Made by a program: the position numbers and the translations under genes. The notes under the pieces are model-generated. The model did no database searches. It worked only from the letters and a program-made list of their open reading frames with translations, and was not told the origin of the DNA. A stretch of DNA of 62,233 nucleotides, the filler included, from Sphacelaria rigidula (lineage: Eukaryota): assembly GCA_964200075.2 (NCBI GenBank). It is 8 parts of 8 records of this genome, joined end to end, with 100 filler letters (N's around TTAATTAATTAA, not from the genome) between each part and the next. Parts side by side here need not be neighbours in the genome. Positions count along the whole stretch, not along the records: positions 31,170 to 38,860 come from CAXNAA020013771.1; positions 38,961 to 46,651 come from CAXNAA020013772.1; positions 46,752 to 54,442 come from CAXNAA020013773.1; 5 more parts are not named here. One strand, given 5' to 3'. Positions 38,303 through 53,028 of this stretch are shown piece after piece. The stretch's first letter is position 1; each line of letters begins with the position of its first letter.

Positions 38303-38445
38303 GGTATCACATCTACGCTGCGGCCATCGTCGCTAAGTTCGATCCAGCGTGGGGCATCAGGTTTTTCGAGTCGGTGACTCTGCTGGTCAGGGACATAGCC
38401 AACCCGTCGCCGTCAGATCCTTTCTTTCCCGTGTTCCGGCATAAG
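38303..38445 (+). CDS. GH81 glucanase, exon
   Basis: ttcag|(G)YHIYAAAIVAKFDPAW...LLVRDIANPSPSDPFFPVFRHK|gtaaga; phase matches the previous exon. The gene is incomplete at both scaffold ends. Confidence 0.93.
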
Positions 38446-38796
38446 GTAAGACCAACGGAGGTTGCTCGCATGTACAGTGGAAAATAGTTTTCAAATGCTT
38501 TCCTAGCCGTGGGTAGGTACCACATGCAGGGGCGGTTTGCCGTTGGAAAATCCTGATATCGTAGACCCATTCACAATATGGACGGGACGGTGTTCTTTGT
38601 GTAGCCAACATACATTAATGATGATGACACGAGGCCGAAAGCTCAGCTGAGTTATCCACGTCGCGCCCATTCTCCCCCTCCAGTGCATAGCTGCGAAGCC
38701 GATGTGCCCGTGAGACGTATCCCCCCCGCAGTTGTCGCAAAGTCCATTTTTTGCTTTTTTTAAATTTGTGATAGTGTGCATGGCAGTTCACCTCCC

Positions 38797-38829
<33 letters not shown>

Positions 38830-38860
38830 CCGCTCTTTTCCTTTTTTTCCTCGTCTAGCA

Positions 38861-38960
38861 NNNNNNNNNNNNNNNNNNNNNNNNNNNNNNNNNNNNNNNN
38901 NNNNTTAATTAATTAANNNNNNNNNNNNNNNNNNNNNNNNNNNNNNNNNNNNNNNNNNNN
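38861..38960. other. Artificial 100-bp scaffold linker
   Basis: Same structure. Confidence 0.97.
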
Positions 38961-39019
38961 AAGACAGATATGCCACTTCAACCCCATATTTTGTATGAAC
39001 CCGGAAATTTAAAATCGGC

Positions 39020-41040
39020 TGTTAAATGCTGTTTGGACGTCGAGGGCTAAAATGGGCCAATTGTTTGCAGTGGCAATCGCTGGCTTTCTAGCCGGCAAGC
39101 AGGGGCGAAGGTACTTCCGCAGTCGAGCCCATGCCTCTGAGCCCACCCTTGGGTCACCAGTCGAGCTTCAAAACGCCCGTCTGCGTTGACCTTGAATACC
39201 CATCTCGTGCCAATGATGTTGTTATCACGAGGTACGGATCCGGCAGGGATGGTGTCGGCCAGCTGATGATCTTTACTGCTTTGAAGTTCGTCCAGCATTG
39301 CTGCCCTCCACGGTTTCGCACAAGGCGAACAAGATGCTGGGCGATAACTAACAGGAACCGAAATGGACGCGGGTGGCACAACTTGTTCGATGCCAACAGC
39401 TCCGATGTACCGGCATACCGTTTCCAGTGTCATAGTGGTATGCACGAGATCGTGGATGTAAGAGCTAGTCGCCGCAGTTCTCTGACTTGGCGTTGATTAG
39501 TCGGTGCACATGTGGGGTGTTTAACACCGCCAGACGAACGTAAATTCATTGGAGTGGTTAGCTGACCTTTGATTGATGAAGTGTCGATGATGATGTTTTC
39601 TTCGAGCTGGGCGATTCCATCGTAGATGTTGAGATTGAAGTTGTTGGTCTCGTCGTGTTGTTGATGATCATCTTCGACATCGTCGATCCCCAGGATGTCG
39701 GGTGCAGAAAAATCTTCTTCACTGTGAGGAGTTCCGATTACTTGCTCGATGAAGGTGACATTACGGGAGCTCGATATCCTCCCGGAGTAGCGGTCGTAGA
39801 CACGGTAAGATGGACTTTCAGAACCGTATCCTATTAATACTCCTTCCCAATTTTTCCCCTTTAATTTACTCTGATGACATTCCTTGTGCACGAACGCTCT
39901 TGAGCCGATGGTTCTCAAAAACGACAGGTTCGGTTGTTCAAGGAACATCCGATAGTGTGGGATGTCTCCTCCGATGCTCGTGTGCGGCAAACGGTTGATC
40001 AAGAAGACCGCTGTTCCCGCAATCTCCCCCCAGAGAACTTCGGCGAATTCGCTTCATTCAGGAGGCAGCACGTAATATCCAGGATAGTTCTTCCGTCTCG
40101 CTCGGAAATGACATTTGTCGAGGGGTGTATGGGGCAGTGAATTCTTGAAGACTACCCGTTGTTTTGCAATATCTTTCAAAGTAATCCGCAATATACTCAA
40201 CCCCGCGGTCAGACCGTAGGCGGTGTACGCGGAGGCCTAAAGGAATAGCCAATTGTCGGATGAACCGGCAGAGCGTAGTGAGAGTTTCGTCCTTTATCTT
40301 AATAAAGTACATCACCTTGAACCGCGTGTGATAATCCGTGAATTTTGCCATGTACCTGTAGCCTCCCATTGCAGCAGGTGTAATGGGTCCTGACAGGTCG
40401 GTGCTGACCAGTTGTAATCGCTCCGAACCATCGGTGAAGTCTACAGTATTGGGATGACCCTGCTGTACGCTCTTATTTGTTTTTTGCAGGTTTCACAAGG
40501 CGATAGTGACCCTTCAAACCTCACACCTGTTTGGGGGATATTTTGAAGACGTCGCATGGCCTGTTCGGTGAAATGTCCGAGTCGCTTGTGCCATACATCT
40601 GTTCCCACCGTGGTAGAGAGGGCTGTTGAATCGTCGGCCATGCCTTGAACTGTTTCTGCTACATGAACAGTGCCGATGCCCATAAGCCCCCTAACATAGT
40701 TGTGGCCGTCAGTGCTGAGCTGTAGTTGTTGATCCCTGGTTCTGAGAAATCTTCAAGTGAAAGTGCAAAAGTGTTTCGCTGAGGTCACTGTTATTAGGCA
40801 CTTAAAAGTTTCGAAGGTCTACATGGGAATTCCTGGGGAAAAGTGTCGATATGCCTTTCGTTTGAGCTTCAATAGGCGAGAAAAAATGTTTCCCGACACC
40901 TGGAACAATTACTGCAGGGAACCGAACAGAGTGCTCGATCCTGTCAACTGCCATCTTGAAAGTAATTTGACTTTCTGTGCAGTGCTTGTCAGTGACATGA
41001 AAACCTGAGAGGAAGAAGAATCCCACGCCGTTTGGTGGTT
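39020..41040 (-). pseudogene. Copia pol N-terminal part: decayed protease region, GAG-pre-integrase, integrase, start of RT
   Basis: WHKRLGH, CETC, KFTDYHTRF, LRSDRGVEY, APYTPRQ, INRLPH, GVLIGY..SYRVYD, GTRWVFKV..ARLVTQGWAQRHGLD..TFAP, LDVQTAF; multiple frameshifts. Confidence 0.92.
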
Positions 41041-41048
41041 GACATGAG

Positions 41049-42450
<1,402 letters not shown>

Positions 42451-42732
42451 CTATTCGACGAATTTCGTACTATCGAACTTGTTGATACTCCTGATGAGTT
42501 AAGTTACAGATGGATCTCCCGATGTATTCATCTGCCTCAAGTATTATTTGGAAGACATATTTTGTTTTATACCGGCAAATCCTTAGAAATGATCTAATTC
42601 CTTGGTCTTCTGGTTGATGCTGCTGAGACGACCTTGGAGTGACGTCCCCTCGCTCCTGCTGACCGTTGTAGTCTCGGATCGAAGGCCGATGACCTGAAGG
42701 ACTACGTGGTCGCGAATCGAAGACTCAAGACC

Positions 42733-43385
42733 TGTTGTAAATATTGTGTGGCTCGTGGCGTTTGGTACTGTTCTCAAAACAGACCGACTACTGTCCCGAA
42801 TACAATAGTTTAGCATAGGGTGCACAGTGGTTGTCAGACCACTTGCCTCTGCAGCAGAACCAAAGCAGTGAGACAAAATGCTTGATGGGCTCTTCATCTG
42901 GCCAAGAAAAACAGAACAAACAGCCTCTTCTTAAAGCAGAAAGCTGGAGATAGTCGAGGAGAGTGATTGAAAAGGGCGATAAGAAACGACCGATTACAAG
43001 CATGCTCAATCCTGGAACAAGAACCAAAGGCTGCTGCACGTACGCAGGTTCAAACCGTATCATTTATTCTAACCTCTCTATTACTGACGCGGTAGCCTCG
43101 CCAGCTTAGATCAACTGCAACATTCCACACAAGATATCCTACCACTTACGTGGTCTAGATAGTCGCTAGAGTATTGATAAATCATGACGGTACGCCTACT
43201 CTAGCAATATCCTACTCGAGGCCCCATCCACACAGACGAGGTACTCTTCGTGTAAAGATACAATGTAACTGTACTACATGTTTTGAAGTCTCGTTGAACC
43301 GCAACAGGTTGTGTCGCTATTTTCTGTTGTTGCAACGACGCAATTCAAAACACAATAGACTGTACCTTCTAGATCATTTGCAACA
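42733..43385 (-). repeat. Single LTR of the Copia element (653 bp)
   Basis: Termini tgttgtaaat / atttgcaaca (9 of 10 inverted match). On the minus strand it is preceded by the polypurine tract GGGGAGG and followed by GGTCTTGAGTC at the expected PBS position, then gag. Confidence 0.75.
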
Positions 43386-43722
43386 CCTCCCCGTGAATAG
43401 CATATGTTGCTACCAAAGAAAGTCGTGTACGCAACACACTATGTATAATAGCAAGTAATGCAGTCAGACAAAGAATATTCATCTACCGTACCTTGTTCAT
43501 ACTGTACTGTCTACTCGGCAAACGTGATCGAGTCTAGACTGACCTGAAACAAATGTTGACCCGCGTGGGCACGTATGTGCAGACGCTAGTTGTATAGGCA
43601 TCAAATTTCGTAGTCCTGTAAAAGGAAGTTCCTTCAGGAAAAAAAAGATGCAACCAAAACTTTCCCGAAGGCGTCTGTGAGACTCTACGGCGACTAGTGG
43701 CATCAGGCACCACATATATATA

Positions 43723-44411
43723 CAGTGAGGGGCTCTCAGTAGTGCCGGTATGTGCCCACCACGGACACCGGCACTACTCAGAGAGCCCGGCACTACTCTG
43801 AAAAGTGCCAAAATAGGTGCAGTTGAGGGCTCTGAATACCTCAGTAGTGCCGGTTCTGGCACTACTGACGACCGTCCGTTCGTGGGACCGACGGAAGCAC
43901 AAAACGGATGAGGAGCTTTGTTTCAAGGGGTTTCGACAGGATACGTCACGTAAGGTTTCGGGGTAGCAGAACTAAACCCGATGCTTTTTTGTTTTTCACA
44001 TTCAACTTGATTGATCCTGTTCATACGTTGATCATTACCTTCCCTACTAGCACAACAGCAGCAGTACGGCCACAAAAGTTGCTCATGCCGAAAGACCTTC
44101 CCGACAAGAAAAACAAGGGCACATCTGCACCCAACGCAACTATAAAGGTGCGGCATCTGGTGTGGAAAAAAATTCACGAAAGAGTACACCGCCCACCGCA
44201 AGGAGTGAGCGAGAAAGAGTGAACCACACCCCTTTTCACTTCCTACCGGCACTGTTGAGGGTACAAAACCGTTCAAACCGGCACTACTTAGGATCATTTG
44301 TCAGTAGTGCCGGGCGGCACTACTGTGAGCTCTGGCTGAGCCCGGAGATTTTACCGGCATCATATAGGTCGTTGGCACTGTTCAGCCGGCACTACTGAGA
44401 GCCCCCCACTG
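43723..44411. mobile_element. Tc1/mariner/pogo-like MITE (689 bp), TA TSD, inserted in the Copia 3' region
   Basis: TA|cagtgaggggctctcagtagtgccgg ... ccggcactactgagagccccccactg|TA, with repeated cagtagtgccgg subterminal motifs. Confidence 0.88.
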
Positions 44412-44678
44412 TATAACCTGTACATCAATCGAACAGAACATAGTTCACGCTGATCAAAACATTAACCCGCAAGTTACTTGTTGACAGAGTGAAAAATACA
44501 GGGGTCATTACATGTCTCCTGCCACTCATGCCCTGGTATACCGTGCTCTCAAAAGGCAAATGAAAAATAAGTCATGTATGCTTGACTCGACACAGGTGAT
44601 TTACTGCGTCACAGTATGATACTCTTGTCTGCTCAACCATACTTGGAATAAATACAAAGTCGAACGAAAGAAAAATGA

Positions 44679-45179
44679 TCAGACTCCCGTGATTATATCG
44701 GGGTCCTTATAGTAAATTGTAGGTCTGTGTGGGGGCGACACTGACCTACTGGCTTTCAACCTTAAAACAAGAGCGTCATGAATACATCTCAACATAAAGA
44801 AATCGAATTCGCTTGGTTTATCTCTGTACCAAGCCTTCGAAAGAAAATTAAAGATCCTGTAATCTACGAAAAACAGGATGTCTTGTTCAAGATATAGCTT
44901 CGGCAAGCTCCTCATGAAGTCCAGGATAGTGGGGTATGCCCTAAAATCAGTAAAAGCATACGTACGTAAATATTCCGCCATTCGTGCACGTTCTCCCATA
45001 GATTGGCCTGGCAGCATGATGTGCCGTACCAGATATACCCGAAACCCCCAGTCGATGTAGATGCTCGCGGTTCCTTGGATGATCTGGCGTGGTTGAGGAG
45101 GCAGGTATCCGAGGCGGGCTCGAGCGTTGATAGTGATGGCGTGCCTTCCTCGAAGGCTGTGCTGTGCGCGGTTCATCAC
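44679..45179 (-). CDS. Unknown 166-aa ORF between Copia pol and the PPT
   Basis: Open frame, same sense as pol, protein-like composition; no recognisable motif. Confidence 0.3.
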   Translation of the reverse strand: MMNRAQHSLRGRHAITINARARLGYLPPQPRQIIQGTASIYIDWGFRVYLVRHIMLPGQSMGERARMAEYLRTYAFTDFRAYPTILDFMRSLPKLYLEQDILFFVDYRIFNFLSKAWYRDKPSEFDFFMLRCIHDALVLRLKASRSVSPPHRPTIYYKDPDIITGV

Positions 45180-45461
45180 ACCAGGGTTTTGAAGGTGTCT
45201 GGGGCCGCGAGAGTTTCTGTTCGTCCGTCCTCTTCCGGCGAAGTTGCAGCTGCGGTGATTTTATACGCGTCCACTCACTATTGACTAGGTAGGAGGTGTA
45301 GTGGGATGACGTTGTTGTTGGAGTGATTGTGAAGTGGTTGAGAAACATTGTGAGGTGATGTGGTTGGGCTCGCATGAAACAAGTTTTCACCTCGATCGAG
45401 ACGTACGTGCTGTTGAGGGTTAAAGATATCTGCTCCATAGAAATTCGTCCTGTGATACCTC

Positions 45462-46602
45462 TTATTTCCCAAATTCACGTACTGCCTTGAGTAGACGTTG
45501 ATGTACGATCTTGTCACATAATTTGGTCAGCATATCTCCGAGCTGGTGTCCGGTGTGTACGTGGTTGATCTTCAGTTGTCCCGTCCGAAAAATGTCTTTT
45601 AAGTCGAAGGACCTAATTGCCAGGTGTTTGGAGCTTGAACTGTACTTTGCGTTTGACGAAAGGTGTAGTGCTCCTTGAGAATCCGAGTATATGGTTGCAG
45701 ATTCCATGGATGACCATCCAAGCTCTCGTAGGAGGTTGAAGAGATACATCCCGCATTTCCCGCACTTTGATAGAACGATTAGTTCTGCCTCTGTTATTGG
45801 AGTAGCCGTAATCCGTTGTAGACTCGAGGAGAAATGAACAGGTCCTCCCGCCAGGAAGAACATTGTGCCTGTGGTTGATTGCAGTCTGCCCCGAATCCCT
45901 GAGTTCCCATATGATGCATCGCAATACTCTATTCAATTCAAGTTCTTGTCGGAGGTTGACTAAGTAGGGGGAAGGTCAGGTTTTCCTTTCAAGTAGCGAA
46001 ACACACGCTTAACAGCAGCCAAGTGGTGAATATTTGGCTTGCCCATATGACGTGCTATTCGAGAAACACTAAATGCAATGTCGGATCTTGTGCTCTGCGC
46101 CAAAAAGATGAGGCTCCCGACCATGGCTTGGTACCTCGTTTTCTTATAGCCTAGGGAGTTGTCTTTGGGTGTGTCTTCAACCAGTTGGTCTGGGGTTCCA
46201 GGTGTGTGGACCTGGTTAGATGAATCCATCCCAAATTTTAGAAGTACGGATTTTACGTACTTGTGCTGCGATAGCTTTTGAGTCACTCGTACTTCATCTC
46301 TGATTACCTCCATTACAAGGATAAGAGATACCGGTCCTAGCTTGGAGATAGAGAACTTCGTCTTCAGAGAGGCTTTTACTTGGTGGACCAGGTTGGTAGA
46401 TGGGCCTGTCATTAGTATGTCATCTACAAACAGTGCCAGCATGATGTAACCACCGTGGGACCCTTTTGTGTAGACACACGGGCCACTTGCAGAGGCGGAA
46501 AAGCCTAATTCTTTCAACCCGGTGTCGATCGTAGAGTTCCACACGTTTGGACACTGACGTAGTCCATAAAGGACTCTCCTAAGCTTCATCACATGCGGTT
46601 TG
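45462..46602 (-). pseudogene. Copia RT C-terminal part and RNase H
   Basis: LYGLRQ, LFVDDILMTG, YQAMVGSLIFLAQSTRSDIAFSV, KRVFRYLKG, TEAE, IYSDSQGA, SKHLAIR, QLGDMLTK. Confidence 0.93.
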
Positions 46603-46651
46603 AGGACCGACGCCCGGATGGGTAGGGTGACTCGTGTACAGAGTCGAGCTA

Positions 46652-46751
46652 NNNNNNNNNNNNNNNNNNNNNNNNNNNNNNNNNNNNNNNNNNNNTTAAT
46701 TAATTAANNNNNNNNNNNNNNNNNNNNNNNNNNNNNNNNNNNNNNNNNNNN
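46652..46751. other. Artificial 100-bp scaffold linker
   Basis: Same structure. Confidence 0.97.
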
Positions 46752-46773
46752 ATGGCTCTGGGTCATCATCTAG

Positions 46774-47673
46774 CGTGCAGACAGTAGTAGCGGCCATCTT
46801 TTGCCTTCTGACACCAGGATCCGGGGTCATCGTTCGCATTTTGAAATGAGGATCCAGGGTGCGCCTCACAGCGCATCAGTCCACCACGCACACCCACATC
46901 TGCACAGCAACAGGCGCCACGCAATAACACACTTCTGACAAATACCTTATTTGCCACCGCCAGCGCCATCGATCGTCGTCCCGTGCTCAGAACTAGTGCG
47001 GTGGGTCTGCGACCGGCTCCCAGATTTCCACTCTGACCTTCTGGAAGCAGCGTACCTGAAACAGCTGCAGGCGGTGCTGATTGTATACGCGGCTCTCTCT
47101 GTCGAAAACAGCTCAGAGACAATGAAGTTCCAAAAACGCAATAGAATCGTGATGAACACCTTCGCGCCCAGCGCTGTACCCGGCTGTCTGCGTTGGCTGA
47201 ACAACAACGGTGCTTCTTCACCTACAGGGCTCAACACGGAAAGAGTGATACAGATGACATGGCGGACTACGAAGATCCCGAAGAAAAGTAGGTGTGCCGG
47301 TTCTCCTGCCATGGTGTGCCCCCTGCACCCCAGTACTCAAGAGTGCAACCAGTTTCGTCCAAAGCATGAGCATGAGGCGCAAGAGATGTTGGATTTCACC
47401 CATTGCCTGAAAGTTCTTGTCCCAAGCGATGGTGCAGGGTACTCGCGCGCTTATTCGAAAATTCTCGCACAGCTCGTACAGACGTGAATGTCGGACGAAA
47501 CCGCTGTCACCGTTTCAAAATTTGAACCGTGTTTAGCCTGGTCGGTAGCATGGGTATCCGCCGTTTTCGGCGCGTTGGAATCTCGTGGTCGCCCAGACTG
47601 GCGACGCACAGGTGCTTACTGCAGCATGCTCCTCGTGGGCATCATCTGGTGTTACTATTGTTTCGGCGCGTGA
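46774..47673 (+). pseudogene. Intronless frame of about 300 codons with two internal stops; unknown product
   Basis: ORFs 46951-47487 and 47488-47673 share a frame that extends upstream through one more stop. Confidence 0.35.
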
Positions 47674-47858
47674 TATGCATTTTTTTTTCACCGATCGACC
47701 AGAACGCTGATATTGCAGAAAAAAATACACGCGCTTATTCACAGTGCTGTGGGAAAAAACGGGAAAGCGTACCGTACTACACTACTCGTATATTTTGGTC
47801 GTCTTTGTAAGGCAACTAAATCTAGCAAACCCGTGGGACGAGAGACGGAGTTGGAGGC

Positions 47859-48632
47859 ATGAGTTCTGCGCATCCCTCTGCTGAGGCGGTACAAGCGGCG
47901 GTGAGGTCGTATGTAGTTGACGGGGACGAACGAACTGTGTATAGGCAGCTGATCTCGGTCGCGGAGAACTGCCCGGAACGTTTAAAGGACTATGCAGCGG
48001 GCAGTCGGACAGGCATACTGTACTGCATGTGGGGAGCGACGCCCATGCCCTTCGATGAGAATTTGCCGCTTACAACGAAGAGGGAAATTGCGACCCACCC
48101 CGACCACAAAGGGCTATGTGGCAAGGTGATGGGGACAATAATATCATCCAAAGCCACAAGTGGCGGGCGGCCCGCCGGTCGCCATATCCTGTTGAAAGCT
48201 CTCTACGGCGACCCACACTGCTTGTAACACCGGTACATTACCTGATGCGGACCCCACCCGAAATACAGTTTGTACCTGAACCTAAAAATAGATTCGGTGA
48301 AACTTTCGGTCTTCGTGCTAACCCTGCGGTGACATACGAGGGCTTTCAGCAACATGAAGCCCCTGTTTCGTGCAGGCGCAAATGTCATTCCCAAACCACG
48401 ATGTTATTCCTTTTTAATATTATGGAGGCATTAGCGAGACATGCACCTTCCAGTAGTTTGGGTCATGTTCCGCAGATTCATTTATCTTCCGCTCAGAGAG
48501 GAAGTCAGCATTGAATTGGGGGTGGGCACTGTCAGCTTCAACAGGTGGCTTCACGGGCAATGCCCCACGGTGGAAAAGGTCGCATCACGCACGAGATCCG
48601 TCACAGCACATATCGCAAGTAATTGCTCCTGA
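47859..48632 (+). pseudogene. Frameshifted intronless ORF; unknown product
   Basis: Overlapping ORFs 47859-48227, 48116-48514 and 48441-48632 read like one protein starting MSSAHPSAEAVQAAVRSYVVDGDER. Confidence 0.35.
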
Positions 48633-50699
48633 GAAGATGTATTTTTTCGCTAGAACGAAGCGAAGTGGGTGCAGCGTTCTCAAGATGCGGGCCCCACCCC
48701 GTGCGCATCCCTTTCAAAACACACATATATACAGCTGTAGTAAACGAATACATCGATACAGTGTACTGCTTGCTGTCTGTGTTCGCTGCTGCGTATCAGC
48801 CTCAGCAGTGACTGCTCGGGTGGTACTACCTGCTTACTGCACAGCGGCAGGGTGCAGGATGACATAGCACACCGCAGAATGTTACATCCTCAGCCTACCC
48901 CTGTGCTGCATTGATAGCCCGCTTTCTTATGCAGTTCGCCACAACATGAATGCAGGCGCTTTTGCTGCGGCCAACGTGTACGGGGGATATCACGACACCA
49001 CCCCTCGCGACGCGCTATATCGCTACGCCACATTTCGTACAGCTGCCCGTGTTGCAGCAAAGCGTGCGTTTGCCCCAGGTGGCGCACGCGGGAGTGAAAG
49101 GCCGCCTCCGCCACTATAGTGGCTGCCCGTATCTCGGGCGAAGCTGTAAGATAACACAGCCGCTATGGCGCGAAATCCGCCTGTGACATTTTACGTAGTG
49201 GAGATTTTGACCCGCTCGTGTCTATATGTAGCGTGCAGTTGCTTGATACGAGTACGAGTACAAGTACAGTTAGACATGCGAATCGAGGCCAAAACATGTA
49301 GAAACTTTCTACAAAGAGTGCGTAGGACTTTCCTGTTGGAAAATCGTACAAGCCAATGAGATGAGAACGATCCGCCCAGTCGATCGGCAAAGAAACGAGC
49401 GGGCCGCCCGGTCGGTTGGGAAAAGAAGCGGAAGGCCATCTGCACCCATCACACGCACACGTCCCTGCTGCATTGCATCGCTCGTACGGTCTGTTCATCA
49501 TTCATTTTCATGTCAAAACTGTGACAATGCGACGCAGATGACACACGCTGGGGGTGCCCATCTGTCTAGGTGGAGACAAAGCCGTTCAAAAACGCACAGT
49601 ACAGTACAGCAGTACATTGCTTTATATTACAGTACGTTGTCTTCCCTCTCCCACCCGTTGCGTTCGTTCCGTTTGTCTATGGGTATTTACAAGGATCAGA
49701 TTACACGAAACCCTTCGACACCGTCATCCCTTCCTGCCTCCAGTTGCAAAAAAAGTCCTTGGGCTGCGGTGGGCATTCATTTTTGAAGTAAACAGTACGC
49801 CCATACAAACACAACTGACCCATCATGAGGTGGCTGCCGTCTGTGTAAATACGAGCCGAAGTGCACCGTACAGCACAGTGCAATCAGTACAGTACAGCGC
49901 CGTACGAGTACAATGTCATCTTTTCTCTGCCCCCCGCCGCATTCCTCCTTTCTTCAGCGGGCATCGTTGGGTATCGGATTACTCCTTTGGCGAGCATCAC
50001 CTCTTCCCGCTCGCTTTAAAAGTGGCGCTTGATCGGCAGGGCGGTGTCTCGTGTTCATTTTCCAAGTCAAAATCGCTGGAGACAGTCGCCTTTTCTACGA
50101 TAACCGGCTTGGAAGTTGAACTCTCCGACCTCCGATTGGGTCATCTGGGTTTTGCATTCATTTTTCAACTGAGAAGCATGCCGATACAATATATGACCGA
50201 CCCTGGGGTGAGTGGAGGGTGAGTGATACTTGTCCGTGTATTCCCGAGGTATAAGCTCAAGTCGCAGCGGACGGAAGCTGTTGAGGCGGTACGGCGAACA
50301 TGGCGGTACAAATACAATCAACACCACAGACGAAGAGGAGAGCATCATTCGGTCACTATGATGTTGTCTGTTCCAGTACACGCCGTGTTCTTCACCTTGG
50401 GTTCGCTGTGCGGCTGCATACACAAGCGGCGACGCTTTCCTCAACAGAAAATGTATGAGTGTATCATATGTGCACATGCGCACGCACCGAACTCAAGTTA
50501 CTCCGCGACCGATTCAGGCCTGCCTCCCGACGTTTCCCCCCGAGCCCCTTCTGGCTGTCATTGTATTTCACTTGAATTTTGACGGCACGTTGCTCAGGAC
50601 ATACTCCATCGAGGGATAGATTTTATCCCGGCGGTTCTTCACGATTACGTGCGCGATCCGAGCACCGATTGTTGCGTCGGGTGCTCACAACCCCAGTGC

Positions 50700-51932
50700 A
50701 TCACGCTGCAGCGCTCATTTCAGGGCACGTCCCGCGGTCAGATCAATAAGCCGGAAAATATTTTTTCCCGGTTCATAGTGTACGCTTAAAAGCAGGAGGA
50801 TAAGACCGCGGCTGTGGGGTGCGTGTGGATGGTCAGCAACAGGATGTAGGGTGTGAACAGGGAGGGTGTTGCCTGCGCGCGACCAACCCGTCAAGTGGTT
50901 AGATTGTAAAAGCAAGTGTATTTGGCCGGAGCATCCCAGGAGAGAGACGGAAAAGGGAATCCTTGTCCGTGGTCATTATGATTTCCTCGAACAGCCCACT
51001 CACTTCTTTTGCCCCGATTAGCATGTCTGTCAGTATTCCACGAATTATAGCAGGCAATAGGTTCCATACACTTTTAACATTGTGTACGAACTGACTGTAG
51101 AATTCTTTGACCAGGGCGTAGTACATTTCACATATGATTTGGCGCGTTGAGGTAGTGAAAAAATCCGCAACATATGGGCGAAGTGCAAGTGGGGCCATCG
51201 CCAAAATATTCACATGCTAACTCTACCCCAGGGCACTGCAAGATTATATCGCTAGAACACTCTTATAACCACCTTGCCGGCTTTCATACTGTCAGCACTT
51301 GGGATACGCTAGCATTGCTACTTTCTGTACGGGTATGTTGCTCCCTTGCCGGGTAGGCTGAAAAGGGTCCGTGGCAGCAAGCAGTGGTCGCGCGAGAGAA
51401 GCTTATCCTTGACATGTCGAGATTTTTGGACCGGGAATCTCCACGCCCCGACCGTCGTGTATATGAGGGATCCTAGATGCTGCTTTTCTGCTGGCTTTTG
51501 ATGAGCTTCCATCCCTAGCTGGGCGAAGATCGATGATGACGCCGGCGGGATCCGTTCCGGCCTGCGCGCCCGACCGATGCCGTACTCAGTATAATCGTTA
51601 TCAGACAGGAAGTGCTGAATAAAAAAAAGTACTGCTGAGCCTGGTATCCACGGTTTCCATGCAGACCGGGCCCTCACCGCCTTCTGCGGATGCACGAGCG
51701 ACTGTGAGACCTTGCTCGTGTACCAATCAACACACCCTCCAAGTTTAGGCGTCATCACAAGCGAGGTGTGGATTTTCTTCACGCCTAACCTTCGAAAACA
51801 CCGCCTCCGTAACATTGAAAAGCAATAATACTGACCAGCCTCATTGGTCGTTCTGGAGGCCCAGTCCCAAAGAGGTGATAATAGTGTCGCGAGAAAAAGA
51901 GTTGTTTTGAACCCATATGTGTAATCGTTCAT
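50700..51932 (-). pseudogene. Disrupted intronless ORF(s); unknown product
   Basis: 204-aa ORF 51932-51318 followed by 104-aa ORF 51213-50899 and a short ORF 50915-50715. Confidence 0.35.
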
Positions 51933-52191
51933 CTCAGTTCACCTGCGTTGGGGCTCGCTGTTCAAGCGTCAACCGCTAGATATTATCAGTTCAAACTTTG
52001 CATGTGAACTTTATTTTTATTGGATATACCTGACAACTGTGCTTGATATGCAGGAATTCCCGGCCCTGATGCCCAAGGTCGGCGTTTGCCCAGCGGAGAA
52101 AAGGGTACGCAGAATGGATGCTGTACAAGTATCTGTAGTCTGGAGAGGAAGAGGCCAATCTTGAAGCTGGCCAAAAAACTCCGCAACATTT

Positions 52192-53028
52192 CACACCCTG
52201 TACAACTACCTTAGTCGGTCGTTGTTTCTCAAACAACTAACTGTTCAGAATCGTGGGCAACTAGTTTTGTTCGAACAATTCACTGATCAGAATCCTGTGC
52301 AACTAGTTGTTTCCAAACAACTACCAGGTAGTGGTCGACAAACAATTAACTTTAGGTGGTTTTAGTTGGGAAAAACGTAAACGCTGTATAGTAGTGATGT
52401 GAACTCGTATCTGTGCAGGACAGTGAGTAGGCCAAAAATATCAGGCCGACTTATTTCCAGATGAGGAAAAGACAGAAGTATGCGGTCTGATGCAAAGCAA
52501 AGGTGTATGTCATTCGGGGCGCGAGCATAACACGTTCAAGGTTTAGGTTTTACTGCTGTTTCGTGTGTGTATCACGTCCAACAGGCTTATCAACCAGGGT
52601 TCCCCTCCGACATCGAAACACGGACACGTTTGCAAGTCTGATGCTGATGGTGGTGTAGGAGCAGGTGGTGCTGGTGTAGGAGCGGCTGCTGGCACAGCTG
52701 CCATTTGATGCGCTTGGTACCTCGTGTGTGTTTGTGTGTGAGTGCGTGGGGTGCTCACATGTTAATGCGTCAGCTCGATCTGTCAACGGTCTAATTGTAT
52801 TTGTTCCACGACGTTTGCAACTACTCGGGCCACCAAACAACTACTTGTTCAGAATCGTATGCAACTAATTGTTTCCGAACAACTACTCCTTCAGAATCGG
52901 GTGCAACTTGCTGTTTCCAAAGAACTAATCTCTCAGAATCGTGCGCAACTAGTTGTTTGGAAACAACAAGCCAGTAGTTGGTGGACAAACAACTAAGCTA
53001 GTTGTTAGTCATAGTTGTACAGGGTGTG
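52192..53028. mobile_element. MITE (837 bp) with 17-bp TIR and subterminal repeats
   Basis: cacaccctgtacaacta / tagttgtacagggtgtg; flanks CAACATTT and CAACATCA; repeated cagaatcgtg..caactagttgttt..aacaact units near both ends. Confidence 0.85.
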
